Source of the DNA: Octopus vulgaris
Lineage: Eukaryota
NCBI GenBank assembly: GCA_951406725.2
Contig: OX597823.1
Coordinates: 39,308,001-39,372,000 of the forward strand
Reading direction: 5' to 3'
DNA length: 64,000 bases
Numbering within the stretch: position 1 is the first letter of the stretch; every line of letters begins with the position of its first letter. The translations under genes were made by a program, and so were the position numbers. The notes beneath the pieces were generated by a model. That model had not been told where the DNA came from. It saw only the letters and a program-made list of their open reading frames with translations, and made no database searches. Positions 13,343 through 27,215 of the stretch are shown piece by piece.

Positions 13343-13867
13343 CTTAACAAGCTTTACTCTACTCCTTGAATTCAAGTCAAGCGAGAAATTAGTTGAAAAA
13401 GAACATATTTATTCTTTTTATTTGCTGCATCAACTATAAACTCTGGGCTTAAAAGGCATGCAATAGATTGATTATAAATGCATAATATATACATAATATA
13501 TATATATGTATGCACACACATTCAGATATATAATGTGTGTGTGTGTGTATAAAATAAAGAGAACTGGGTGCAATACAGAAAGCAAACAAACAACAACAGG
13601 TTGGATTCGAGTTATTTGTTTGTTAACATTAACATTCTGAAACTATGTCAAGAAATACAGGAATAATAAAAAATTCTTATGAATTTTGGCATAAGGCCAG
13701 TGATTTTGTAGGGGAAGAGAGTAAGTCAATGGCATCAACCCCAGTACTAGACTGGTACTTTAGTTTATCAACCCTGAAAAGGATGGAAGGCAAAGTTGAC
13801 GTTGGTAGGATTTGAACTCAGAATTTAAAGAGCTGCAACAATTACCATAAAGTACTCTGTCTGATGC

Positions 13868-13906
<39 letters not shown>

Positions 13907-14129
13907 GGTAAAGAAAGGGTCACAACTTCAATCTTGAAGTGCATCTATTTACGTCATTCATTTCAATAAAAATAAAGGCATGAACATCACAAAATCTCAG
14001 TTGTTTTTTTTTCTATAATAAAACTGCAGTTTTCTGTCTATCTTAAGAAAGGCATGGTGGTGTGGTCTTTATCTGAGAGAAAATCTCTTCAGAGACATTG
14101 TGTTAAAAAACATAGTAAATATATATATA

Positions 14130-14600
14130 TCATCATCATCATCATCGTTCAAAGTCTGTTTTCCATGCTGGCATGGGTTGGACGGTTTGACTGGGGTCTG
14201 GAAAGCCAGGAGGCTGCACCAGGCCCCAATCTGATCTGGCAGTGTTTCTACAGCTGGATGCCTTTCCTAACGCCAACCACTCCAAGAGTGTAGTAGGTGC
14301 TGTTTACATGCCACAGGCACAGGAGTCAGAGGCGCTGGCATCGACCAGGATCAGATGGTACTTTTTATGTGCCACTGGCACAGAAGCCAGTTAAAGCAGC
14401 ACTGGTATTGGCCACATTCGGATGGTGCTTTTTATGTGCTACCGGTATGGGGCTCACAACTACAATTTCCATTTGATTTGATTTTGATATTGCTGTTGAG
14501 GTTGATGTGGATGTACTTGACTCAATAGGTCTCCTCAAGCACGGCATGTCACCCTACGATCCAAGGTACTTTTGAGTGGGCTGGCTATGCGACACTGGTA
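14130..14600 (-). mobile_element. RTE-tail family copy
   Basis: Reverse complement of the 11.8-12.5 kb family, with the (CAT)n tail at the left. Confidence 0.75.
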
Positions 14601-15062
14601 CATCAAAGCATGGTGAACATTCTCTCACCAGCAATAATTTGTTAAATGGACTTCATATTATATCGATACTTATTTAAACATCTCTCTCTCTTTCTCTCAC
14701 TGCAATTTCCTTCTATACACATTCATAAAAAAGGGCATTCTAGCAATAGAAACCATGCCAAAAATGACATGGAACCTGTCAGTCCAGCCCATGCCAGAAT
14801 GGGAAACAGATGTTAAATGATGATGAGGAAGAAGATATACATGCACGTATATTTGGTAACAAAGGTTTTGAGCAGCTAGGATTTCGATGTTCTGAGTTCA
14901 AGTCTTGCTGAGATCAACATTGCCTTTCATTCCTCCATGATCAATAAATGAAATATCAGTGAAGTATTGAGTTTGATTTAATTGCACCGCCTCCCAATCT
15001 TGTGCCTGCATTAGAAACAATTAAAAATAACTATTATCATTACCATCATTTTATATATACAA

Positions 15063-15099
<37 letters not shown>

Positions 15100-15196
15100 G
15101 AAATTCGGGGTGAGTACTTGATAATTATAAGCACCTGTGTATACCGTTTGGTGGTGTAGGTGGTGAATCCTTGGCATCATGTTTTTATTTTGATCA

Positions 15197-15273
<77 letters not shown>

Positions 15274-15410
15274 CATGCATGTATAGCTATATCGCATTTA
15301 CTTTACTCATAACACCCCTCATTTTATTTTCTATCTTTGAATTCTTTATGACTACAAGTTGTATCATTTTTTCCTCTCCTCTCAACCCATTTCTAATGGT
15401 AACTGTTTCT

Positions 15411-15455
<45 letters not shown>

Positions 15456-17074
15456 TCTTATTAGGATGCAATGCCTACAGGTTAAGATTAACCTTACCTT
15501 ATAACCAACCCCATGCATTAGTGTTAAAGTTGCTGAAAGTCCCTCTTGAGATTTACACCTTATTTTAAGTTAACCCGTTTTGAATCCCTGTTGGTGATGG
15601 CTTGGCTTTACTGAAATTGTTGATGTGTTTGGGGAAAAGTTATTTCCTTGAAAAATTCTCATGCACCATTGTATCTATGTAGGAAGCTCATATATCATTT
15701 TTTTTTTAACGGGGTGACACCTGGCTCTACTTAACCATTTTCAAAATCCTCAACAGGTTCAAACAGGAAACAAAAGATAAAAGCATAAAATCTCTTACTT
15801 CAAAAGAGATAGAATGGTACAGAAAAAGAAGAGATACTAAGATAGTACCCCACAGTACCCACAGAAGAGATTCCCTATGAAATGGTTGAAAATAATGGAA
15901 GAAGATATATTCCATAAACTGGGAATATCTTACACTGATGTCTTAAAGGTACAAATATCACAAATTTTATTGAGAAAATAATTGAAATTCTGTGAAATTC
16001 ATATCTAAAAAAATTTTTTTTAATTTCAGTTATATTAGCAGAGTTGTTTTTTTTATTTAAGAGATATGGGCTCCTGGTGAGCAAAGGTCATGGCCTGGTT
16101 TACAATTACAGTTGAAATTTTCAAAATAAATCAACCAATATTACCCTTCAAACTCATGCACATCTTAAGAAGCATTAGCTTGAATTTTAAACTTTAAACT
16201 GGCAGCAGTAGATTAGTTGACTAAGAAATGAAGATTTTTGGGTTGTATTGCAATGTAGATGGCCCTGTTTATTAGAAATTTATATTCTGGGTAATGAGAA
16301 GATGGAGCATGTGAGCACGAGTATTTTTAGATACAATAATTCCTGGTTCAAATTTTACTGGAGCTGCATGGAAACCAATTAAATAATTATCAGTACAATA
16401 TGGAATCAGTTAATGAATTATCACTGCTGAGACAATGTTCACCTTGCTCTGATATATATTGTACTTTTTAACATGGTATACCTCTGAAGAGATGCTCTCT
16501 CAGATAAAGACCACAGCATCATGTCTTTCAATGGTTTATATATATCAAGTATGGTACACAGATGATTATTTTATATATAATAGTATCTATTATATGTAAT
16601 TCAGATGTGTAGATGACACAAATTTTAGGTTAAGTCTAAAAATAAACTTAATGTAAAAACTATCTTTGTTGGGTGGGGATGTTTGTCTGAGTGAGATAGA
16701 CAACAGTCACAACTCAAAAGAACTGAGTGATGAAGCAGCTACGATGTCAATCTGTTATGGAGGTGCTATTTCTATGCAAAGCAAAACAGCTTGAAAACAC
16801 ACACACACAAGTTTTGAAATGATATCTACCAGAAGATTCTTGAAGCATGGTTTTAAATGCCAAGATTGATGTTAATGAAGAAAAGGCGCGTAGAAATATT
16901 CCCTTTGGATTTCAAAACAACTACGCTGTGTTTTAAATAGACTCGTGTGAAGCAACAACAAAATTCTGATATAAGTTATAAACATTAAAGTTGTACATTT
17001 CGAGAATGTACAATATTTCCATGTGATATCTACAATACTTCCATGTGATAAGTTTTTCCTTTTTATCTAAGGAA

Positions 17075-17490
17075 TGCATGATGATGATCACCATCATCTT
17101 TGTTTTAGTGTCCACTTTTCCATAATTGTATGGGTCACACTGAGTTTGAGGCAGATTTTTTTCAGCAGGATGTCCCTTCCTGTCACTGACCCATACCTGT
17201 TTCCAAGCAAGGTAATATTTGTCCCATGGTCAGATATGTTTTTCAGCAGAAGACTAGAAAAGAAGGACATCACTTGTATAACAATGCGACTCATCTATCA
17301 TGTGACATCAAAACAAGGAGACACGGACACACACATTCACTCACTCACACACACCATAGGTTTCTTTCAGTTTTCCTCTGCCAATTCCACTCACAAGGCT
17401 TTGGTTGGCCCAGGGCTATCGTAGGAGACACTTGCTCTAGGTGCCATGTGGTTGGGAAGCAAACTTCTTAATCACACAACCACACCTGTA
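17075..17490 (-). mobile_element. Chimeric SINE: family A head/core plus RTE-type tail
   Basis: The right part matches the family A core (TCCACTCACAAGGCTTTGGTTGGCCC..GGCTAT). The left part has GGATGTCCCTTCCTGTCACTGACCC and CAT repeats. The same layout recurs at 26755-27215. Confidence 0.65.
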
Positions 17491-18399
17491 CCAGTAAAAC
17501 AGAGTTGTGGCTATGCAGCTATGATATATTTTGTATATCAAAGCCACTGTAGAATTCATGAACTTTGTTAAAATCCTTTACCTTCATAACAATTCAGAAG
17601 TATGTAAGATTAAAATTACTTGTTGAAACTACTGCAAAAGACTTGTGGATCATCTTCTTCATTGTTCTACAATCCATCTATCAACAGACTTTATACAATA
17701 GATCTACATGGAATATTGTGTTAACAAAACAAAAGTACAAGATTTCCAATCAGATATTTACATATAACACAGTCAATGTGGTCAAACATGGATTTTACCA
17801 TTATGGTTAAAACAAACTAAAAATACAAATTCTAAAATGAAGCAAATCTTAGACCTAGGTAACCTCTTTCTTAAGACGAGGAGATAAGATTGCCTTGGCT
17901 TAAACATGATCATAGGTCAGTCTGTTTGAAAATAGGGCTAATCTAGGGTTAAACAAGTTGATTTTTACCAGTATTACTTGATGAGAGAAACAATGTTTGT
18001 CTATCTTTCTCTCTTCTCTACTCTATGAGAAACAGTTATATAGAAGACATTGATTAACTCCAGATCAATCACAACTGAGTAGAGAGAAAGACATTCTATT
18101 AGAGACCTTTTTTGTTTCTTTTCTTAGGGGTATCTGGGGTTCATACAATGAACATTTTCCTTATTTAAATACAGTGGGGTGGGTTATGAAGAAGATTTGG
18201 CAGTTATTTCTTGCAGATCAGGTGACTATGTAGATTTTCCCTTCAAATTATAAAACCTTAAACCTTGTTATTCTTACAGTAAACCGTCTGTTTGTACCTT
18301 CTTCAGATGTGGCAAAAAAAGCCTCTTCGATTCACCATTCTTGATTAAATGTTATAACAGCAAACACATAGTGTGTACAAGCTCAAACCATAATGGCGA

Positions 18400-18785
18400 C
18401 TGAAAGCAAATGGTTATTAAACATTAGCTCCATGGAAATACTATCACCATCAAACTAACTTCATAGCAATGACCGTGTAGGAATTTTTTTCTGCCACACA
18501 TTGTACAACTAAAGAGAGAGTTAAAACAAAATACAACTCTATCTCTTTTTGTAAAGATAACTCTATATCTACATATCTAAACCCAAATACTAACAGTAAA
18601 AGCAAATGGTAAAAACATTAGCTACATTAAAACACTATTATTGCCTGCTCAATTTTAGAAGTTCCACACCACTAGCCATATAAAACAGGGGAGCTTTTTC
18701 TGTCGCACCTTGTACAACTAATGTGACAGTTAATATACTACAAAGTTCAACTTAATCACTTTGTAAAGACTGTTTCTATATCTGA
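18400..18785 (+). repeat. Old ~195-bp tandem duplication
   Basis: AAAGCAAATGGT..AAACATTAGCT, TTTTCTGYCRCAC.TTGTACAACTAA and TTTGTAAAGA..CTATATCT each occur twice with the same spacing. Confidence 0.75.
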
Positions 18786-20925
18786 TTTACCTGAAATATG
18801 TTGATATTCACTTAATTCCAACCAAGATCCCATCAAACGAGTATAGCCATCTATGTAGTAGATGGTAATTTGCATGTTATTTTGTGCAAACCAAATTAAA
18901 TAACTAAATAGAGACATATAATTAGAAAATGTCGATCACCTTTCCTACAGAGTACTTAATCACTGTACTAAATATAACAGTATGTGTGTATATGTGTGTG
19001 TGTATGTGTGAATACAAGGATTGTGTGAGTGTGTGCTTGAATACAATATGTGTGTGAATTAGCCTACATGGTAGGTAGGTGTGTGTTTGCATGTGAGTTG
19101 GTAAAACCTGTGTGAGTGTGCTTAATTAAAAGATGTGTGTATGTTAGGCTAAAGTACGTGTGAAATCTTTTCTTAAAAAAGTTTCACACACACAAAGAAA
19201 ATTTTTCTGCAATTGAATTGTAAATTTTAGATTTAGTATCATTATAATAGCAACTTGATGAAAATTTATATATATATACACACATAATATGCAAACACAC
19301 ATGCATATATACACACACACATGCATACACATACATCCATGCATATATACATACAAACAAACACATACACAGAAATCCAAAGATAACTGGGGTTGGGGAG
19401 GGGGGGCGATCACTGGAATACAAGACAAGACAACTATTTCAGTTGTCTTCAGATTAGAAAATAGGAATTTGATATTATATCCCCTCTTCTATTTCACCAT
19501 TAAGTTGAAGTTTATGGAATATTACTCTCCAGAATCTTCAGAATCTTTAAGATTGCTGTTGTTGTTAGCCCCAGGTCAACCCTGATCCAGTAGACTATGA
19601 TCAAAGCTGTTCTAGCTGTCATGATCCAATCTCTTATTTTTCACATGCAATGGCTTTAATGTGTCCTTCCTGTTATAAGCTGAAGTGTAAGATTTGAAGT
19701 TGATATCACTGTTATTTCTAGCATGTGAAACAACCTTATTAAGTCTCCCTTATGTAGACAGATATTGGTGTATTTTCCTCTTGTATGTTCTAGGGATCAG
19801 AGGTTAGAGATTAAGATCCGAAACTCACAGTTCTTCTCTGTGGTTTTGACATTTTTACTGATGAGCAGAGGTCTATGGACAGTTCATACTTTGATTGAAC
19901 CCATTAGATACAGAAAATTTGGCTGACATGTTCCTACAATAATTGTAAATGAGTACTGTCAAGCAAGTAGTGTTATTCACTTCCATTATTCTGCAAGAAC
20001 ATATCTGGCCATGAGAAAATATTACCTTGCTTGGAAATAGGTAAGGGTTGGCGACAGGAAGGGCATCCAGCCGTAGAAAATCTGTCTCACTAAAATCTGC
20101 CCGAACCATTCAAGTATGGAAAAGAGCACATTAAAACGATGAAGATAATGATAGCTCTGTTAGCTGTAACCATCTTGTTGCCTGACTTTAAAGGAAGCCA
20201 CAAAGCCTGAGATATATCAGCTTCTCAGTTGTTCTTCATATGCTAAAATCACTTTCAAAAACAGTGTAGATTCCCATGGCCAAGTTTGTAGCAAACCTTA
20301 GCAAAATCTCACTAAACACAATCAACGTTTCTGCTATTATCAAAATAGATTTCAAGGTTATGTAATAATGCTGAAAATGATGTCTTAAACCAAACAAGTC
20401 TTTTGTTCACAAGGCTGTTGAGAATGTTGGTAAGGAGTATTCAATATTCTGATATCTTTGTAATGGGTGAGGTAGATGTATAAGAGGGAAATGTTAATAA
20501 TAATTCAGTCAGGACTACACACACACACATATATGCAGATACTCACCTTGATTTATTTATTGATGGTGTGATGATGGCTTCTTTCAATGGTCTCAGAACC
20601 TTTTAGCTCCAGAGATTTTTGAAAACATATTTCTAAGGTGTTGCTTGATCAATCTTTTAGGAAGATAGATGGGAAATCACTTGACCTAACACACACACAC
20701 ACATACATGCATACATACATACAAGCATACATGCATACATGCATACACACACATACATGTATATTATATAAACATATTTGAATCATCACTGTAAAGGATT
20801 AAAAACAAGAGTCATCTATGTCTAGAATTACATTCAAGTCAATAGGGGTTTGGATTTTATCAGTGAGAATCTTAGAGTTTCTTTAAAGAAACCATTCAAA
20901 CCTAATCCTAAGAGACTCTACTTGC

Positions 20926-20974
<49 letters not shown>

Positions 20975-21046
20975 CATGCACACACACACACATGCAGGTT
21001 GGTGTTAGGAAGAGCATCCAGTCATAGAAACCATGCCAAAATAGAC

Positions 21047-21233
21047 ATGGAACCTGCATAGTTCTTCCGCTGGTCAGCTCCTGTCAAACTATTTGACCCA
21101 TATCAGCATAGGAAATGGACATTGAATGATGAAGATGATGATTATTATATATCTCCATAATTGTATAGCTAGGGATTCCTACTTTCCTACTTATATGTGC
21201 AATGCTTGCTTTTCCTTCAAAATTATGTAACTG

Positions 21234-21264
<31 letters not shown>

Positions 21265-21900
21265 GTTTAACGTCCGTTTTCCGCGCTAGCACGGGTTGGA
21301 CGGTTCGACCGGGGTCTGGGAAGCCAGGGGCCGCTCCAGGCTCCAGTCTGATTCTGGCAGAGTTTCTACGGCTGGATGCCCTTCCTAACGCCAACCACTC
21401 CGTGAGTGGATTGGGTGCTTTTTACATGCCACCTGCACAGGGGCCGGGGGGTCCGGCATCGGTCACGATCGGTTCGAGCTTTTAACGTGCCAGGGACACG
21501 GGGGCAACGGGATGCGGGGTAGAGTTGAGTTGGGGGGGGGTCCAGCTGAGAAAGGTTTCACCAGTGAAAAGAGAGGGAGAGATAGTAAAGGGGTGCAGGT
21601 AATATAGGGGAGCACCAGTGGGGAAGGTTGGGGGAGGAGGAACGATGGCAGGAAGGGTTGGTGAAGGTTCGTAAGAAATATAAACGTAGGATGTGTATAT
21701 ATATATATGGGTAATGGAACCTGCATAGTTCTTCCGCTGGTCAGCTCCTGTCAAACTATTTGACCCATATCAGCATAGGAAATGGACATTGAATGATGAA
21801 GATGATGATTATTATATATCTCCATAATTGTATAGCTAGGGATTCCTACTTTCCTACTTATATGTGCAATGCTTGCTTTTCCTTCAAAATTATGTAACTG

Positions 21901-21931
<31 letters not shown>

Positions 21932-22252
21932 GTTTAATGTCCGTTTTCCGCGCTAGCACGGGTTGGACGGTTTGACCGGGGTCTGGGAAGCCAGGGGCCG
22001 CTCCAGGCTCCAGTCTGATTCTGGCAGAGTTTCTACGGCTGGATGCCCTTCCTAACGCCAACCACTCCGTGAGTGGATTGGGTGCTTTTTACGTGCCACC
22101 TGCACAGGGGCCGGGGGGTCCGGCATCGGTCACGATCGGTTCGAGCTTTTAACGTGCCAGGGACACGGGGGCAACGGGATGCGGGGTAGAGTTGAGTTGG
22201 GGTGGGTCCAGCTGAGAAAGGTTTCACCAGTGAAAAGAGAGGGAGAGATAGT
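21047..22252 (+). repeat. Near-identical ~540-bp direct duplication (21047-21586 and 21714-22252) containing a young RTE-tail element
   Basis: Both copies start ATGGAACCTGCATAGTTCTTCCGCTGG and end GAGGGAGAGATAGT, with only a few substitutions. Confidence 0.95.
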
Positions 22253-23829
22253 TTATTAAAATTTTCAGCAATCAAAAAAAAAAAAAAGTAAGAAAAAAGA
22301 AGGAAAACAATGATAAAAAAATACTTTTCTTTTTAAAGAACTGTTTTGAAACATAAGATAAAAAACAATTTTGGTGGGGTAGGATAAAAACCACTTGAAA
22401 ATATCGTTTAGTTGTTTACATTGTTTATTTTACTGAATAAAGTTGTTGATCACTTAGAAAGAATGCTGAATCTAAACTGATCAGAACTGTTGATATGTAA
22501 ACAGTTCAGATAGCTCATTTTTCACCTTTCTCTAATTTGTTTTTTTGGGGGGAAGGTGACCTAAAAACATGGTTCAGTGGATATGTAGGTCTCTATGCAA
22601 CAATGGTTCAACTAAAAAGTTATTTGTACACATCTTGGGATATTATCATCAATATCAGAGAGAAATGGGGGAGGGGCGGGAAACAAAGGTAAAGTTTTGG
22701 TGGCAATTGAGCAGGATCCAATTTCAGTTTCTGCTTCAAATCCTCATGACCATGACAAAAGTATAAATGTCACAATTTTCTTTCCTTTTCTCATCTATCT
22801 ATTTACTTGCCCTAAAACCTGCCTGCCTTTCTTCTTTCAAAAGCAATAACATTCAAACTAGAATCAAACACCTCCCTAAATTTCACACCGATCTATTTTA
22901 TTTGATTAATTACTTTTACAATTAAACATTATTAACATCCATATACTCTAATCCTGATTATATAGCTTTTACACTCTTGGATTATCTTTACAACCTTTGA
23001 TTACCTCCTCATCTAACATCACTCACTGATCCCATTGTTCTCACCTACCCATCATCACAAATCTTCTGTACAACTTCTTGATTTACCTGGTTGTTAGTTT
23101 CAAATTTATGGTGAATATTTGTTCTTATACATAGTTATGAAGTCACAAATGTAGACAAAGGGCTACAGTTGGTCAGGTCAACAGTAAAAATTGACTGATT
23201 CTCTTAATTAACCCTGCAAAGATTAAAGGTAATATTGATCTTAGCAGGATTTTTTTTTTTTACATCTCTGAAACTCATAAACAGGATGTGTTGTTTTCAG
23301 GCTTTCAATGAAAAAGAGCCCAAGATATACTGTGCAACTCAGTCATGTCTGATGATTTAATGTACTGTTCCACATTTGAAAAGTTTTAAAACAGGAAACC
23401 ATTCAGTAACATAAATTGGCTGCTATGAGATTAAATTTATAATACTATGTAAAATATATTATATACCTACTCTATTATCTAATATTCAACTGTCTACTTT
23501 TTCGTTTTGACTGATGTAAACTTAAAACTTATTGGACAGTTATATGTGTGTGTGTGTGTCTGTGTATGTGTGTGCATGACTGTACTTTTATTTTCGTGCT
23601 AAATCTAAGTCTGTCCTTTCTCTTAGTGGCATGTCAACTTTGGAAAATTCTTACTTCCTGAGATTATCTCTCCTTCTCAAGTGCTGCTGGTCGTCATTGT
23701 CATTTGAAAATTAAGATATATATCCCACTTGAGGCAATGATATTTTACAAAACAAGAATTTATGTAGTATGGTGATTATTTATGTTGTTCAAATACATAC
23801 CACTGGCTACTCAGTTATTTCTCTTTGCT

Positions 23830-23862
<33 letters not shown>

Positions 23863-24299
23863 CTAGCATGGACAACGGCTGTTAAATGATGAAGATGATG
23901 ATGATGATGATGCTATGTGTTCACACACAGAAAATTAACAGAAAGCTATATTTGCTTATGGCACTCTTCCAGAGTGGCTACAGCCGTAATAATTGAAACC
24001 AACTAAAATAACGCCACACATGTTGTTCATATTTAAGTTCTGATCCAGTTAATCTATCATCAATATGGTTTCAGCCCATGACCAGCTCATCTGTTATTCA
24101 ACCAGAGTTTTCACAACTATATAACTTAAGTTCCTAATTTAGCAGTTGTTTCTTGTAGAAAAAGCAACTTTGAAGAGGTCCCCGTTCATTGTTATTTTGT
24201 GTTGAAGTGTTTCTGTGTATGTGTGTACATGTTTGCAAATATAAGTATGTGCACATATATGTGTTGATGTGTGTATATGCATATATATATATATATATA

Positions 24300-24530
24300 T
24301 ATTTCTTTACTACCCACAAGGGGCTAAACACAGAGGGGACAAACAAGGACAGACAAAGGGATTAAGTCGATTACATCGACTCCAGTGCGTAACCGGTACT
24401 TAATTTATCGACCCCGAAAGGATGAAAGGCAAAGTCGACCTCGGCGGAATTTGAACTCGGAACGTAACGACAGACGAAATACGGCTACGCAGGTCGCCCA
24501 GCGTGCTAACGTTTCTGCCAGCTCGCCGCC
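24300..24530 (-). mobile_element. SINE family B, full-length young copy
   Basis: Minus strand reads GGCGGCGAGCTGGCAGAAACGTTAGCACG...GAGTTCAAATTCCGCCGAGGTCGACTTTGCCTTTCATCCTTTCGGGGTCGATAAATTAAGTACC...CCCCTTGTGGGTAGTAAAGAAAT, inserted in (TA)n. Confidence 0.9.
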
Positions 24531-25276
24531 TTTATATATATATATATATAAATATATATAACATGTATACTATACATGCGAGTGCATGATTTTATAAAAC
24601 AGTATGTGTGCACATGGGAGTATAAATATACATATATACAAGTGTTTGTGTGTGTACATGTGCATGTGTATATGTGTACACATGTATGGGTGTGTATTTG
24701 CACATATATAGGCACGTAATGCATATGATAATATACATGTATATATGCATGTTTATAAATGAATACATGTGTGTGAGTGTATATGTCATGAATAAATCTG
24801 GTTACTTAAACCAGGAAATACAACATAGCACCTCTCCAGCTGTCTCTCATAAAAATGAAGGATTTATATGAAAATAAGTATTTATTAATTGCATTCATTT
24901 GTTTAACTTAGACATGCATTGCATTGGAGGCAACACACATCAGTGACATCAGATAGATGGAAACTGCATAGAAGCCCAACAGTTGGATTGTTGTAATTTA
25001 AAAGTACAGTCTTGATACACATTGTATGCAATTGATTCTATCTGAAAATTATGTAAAGGGGACATGTGTCTGCAGAATACTCAGCCACTTATGTTAATCC
25101 AAGTGATCCAACAACTGTTGAACAGCTGAGATCCACTATCACTGTGTGTGCATGCGTAGATAAAAATATGGGTATACACACATATACACATACATACATT
25201 GCACACATTTCTGCATCAACCAGCTAATGAATTTTTGAAATGGCTGTTAAGATACACACACACACACACACACACA

Positions 25277-26127
25277 CAGGGTGTGGTGAATAAACTGTCG
25301 TTTAGATTAAGCAAAAATGAATGTAACACTGACATCTCATTTTAACGGATATATTTACCCAAAATTACATAAAAATATCTTGAAATGCTAAAGAGTAAAT
25401 TAATTCAATAAATCTGCCATTGGCTTCAACTATAGCCTCCAGACGACTTTGGAAGCTCCTGCAACTCGTCTGGACTGTCTCCCTGCTTAAGTTGGTGAAT
25501 GCTGCCATAATCTTTGCCTTCAGTTCATCTTTGGTTACAAGGAGTTTTGTTGGTCTCTTGCTCAACTGTGCCCCACACATCAAGGGGGTTAGATGGCCAG
25601 ACGTTAGTGGTGATGTGGTCGCAGAAATTGTCTGATATCCATGACAGGGATCTCCTGTTTGTGTAGCATGGTGCAGAGTCCTGTTGCCAGACATAAGGTC
25701 TTCCGCAGCCACCCTGTTGACCCAGGGCAGCACTACCTCATCCATGGACTTGATGTAGGCTTCTGTGTTCAGTCTGAGGCCATGTGTATAGACGAATGGA
25801 GGCATAACATCATCATTACTAGTGATCAATCCAAACACCATGATGTTGACTGGATGTTTGATTTTTATTATTTTTAGTAAATGCTCTGTTCTCTGATTAG
25901 CACCCAAACACTCTGAAATGTTTGTATCGGAGCTTCTGGTATGAATGCCAAGCAGTACAGTATGTTGTTTCCAAATTTCTGGCTGAGTGAATTGCATCAT
26001 GGTGCTGTTTTTATCACAGACTGTGCCCAACTGACCCTACTATACTGTGTAGTTGACAAAATCAAAAACAATGAGCATGCATGAAATTAAAAATATGAAA
26101 TAGTGACAACTTACTCATCACACCCTG
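25277..26127 (-). mobile_element. Tc1/mariner superfamily element (DD37D/maT-like), internally deleted, transposase pseudogene
   Basis: TIRs CAGGGTGTGGTGAATAAACTGTC / GACAACTTACTCATCACACCCTG+TA. Peptides KHPVNIMVFGLITSNDDVMPPF..GLRLNTEAYIK..VVLPWV, then after a frameshift GRPYVWQQDSAPCYT..VWPSN, and CRSFQSRLEAIVEANGRFIE. Confidence 0.9.
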
Positions 26128-26304
26128 TATACTGATGCATATTTTACATCATATTCATCTAAAATTATTGAAATGATGTATCAGTTATGGGTAGTTAGTG
26201 TGTATGTGTGCACGTACGCACACACTAACACAGACAAATGCATGCACGCGAGTGTGTGTGTGAGACAGAAAGAGAGAAAGTGATATATATATATATATAT
26301 ACAC

Positions 26305-26383
<79 letters not shown>

Positions 26384-26754
26384 TATATAAAGAGAGAGAG
26401 GGAGAAAGAGAAATTGTTTACATTCCATAGTTGTTGATATAGATGTCAACTATAGCAGGTTTAATAACGAAGGCAGCCATTAGTAATTGTGAGTCAAAAT
26501 TCTTCAAATGCTCCAAAGAGAGAAACATTACAAGACTGTCAAATTTGACATTGTTGTGACATTGGTGCAATTTTCTGGATGTAAAGAATATCATATTGGA
26601 GGAAATTTCTTCAAATGACATAGCACGCACGCACACGTATCTCTCCTTCTCTCCGCACTGTGTGTGTGTGTGTGTGTGTGTGTAAGAAATATCATGTGGC
26701 ATTTTGTCAGACAACTCTAATCATTCTGCTGATCCTAATCCTTATGATCCCTAA

Positions 26755-27215
26755 ACATCATCACCTTCATTTTCATGTCGACTTTTCCATGCTTGCATGG
26801 GGCAAATAAAATTTGTTGTGGCAGATTTTCTATAGCCAGATGCCCTTCTTGTTGCCAGCTCTCACTTATTTCTAAAATAATATTTTCCCATTGCCAGACA
26901 TGTTTTTTGTGGAAGACTGGAAACAAACAACACTGCTGGTATGATGGTGATGCTCATTTACAACCATTACGTGATGTCAGGACAAGAGTAAACACACACA
27001 CACACATGCACACATGCATACACATGCACAGACACACACACATGTATATGAATATGACATATTTCTTTCAGATTCCATTAACTAGATCAACTGACAAAGC
27101 TTTGGTTGGCCTGAGGCTATAATAGAAGACACTTGCCTAAGTGCTATGCAGTAGGACTGAACCCAAGAAAGACCACATAGCTGAGAAGCAAGCTTCTTAT
27201 ACACAGTCACACCAA
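26755..27215 (-). mobile_element. Chimeric SINE (family A head plus RTE-type tail), old copy
   Basis: Same architecture as 17075-17490. Confidence 0.6.

Noticed and set aside
15750-15960. Coding-like purine-rich stretch
   Set aside because: The frames are broken. It may be a LINE C-terminal remnant but is too degenerate to call.
16488-16525. CTGAAGA-GATGCT...AGCATC hammerhead-like start
   Set aside because: No GAAA or stem III follows.
20540-20635. Minus-strand exon with a perfect AAG|GTGAGT donor
   Set aside because: The acceptor is weak and all three frames contain stops; at best a non-coding exon.
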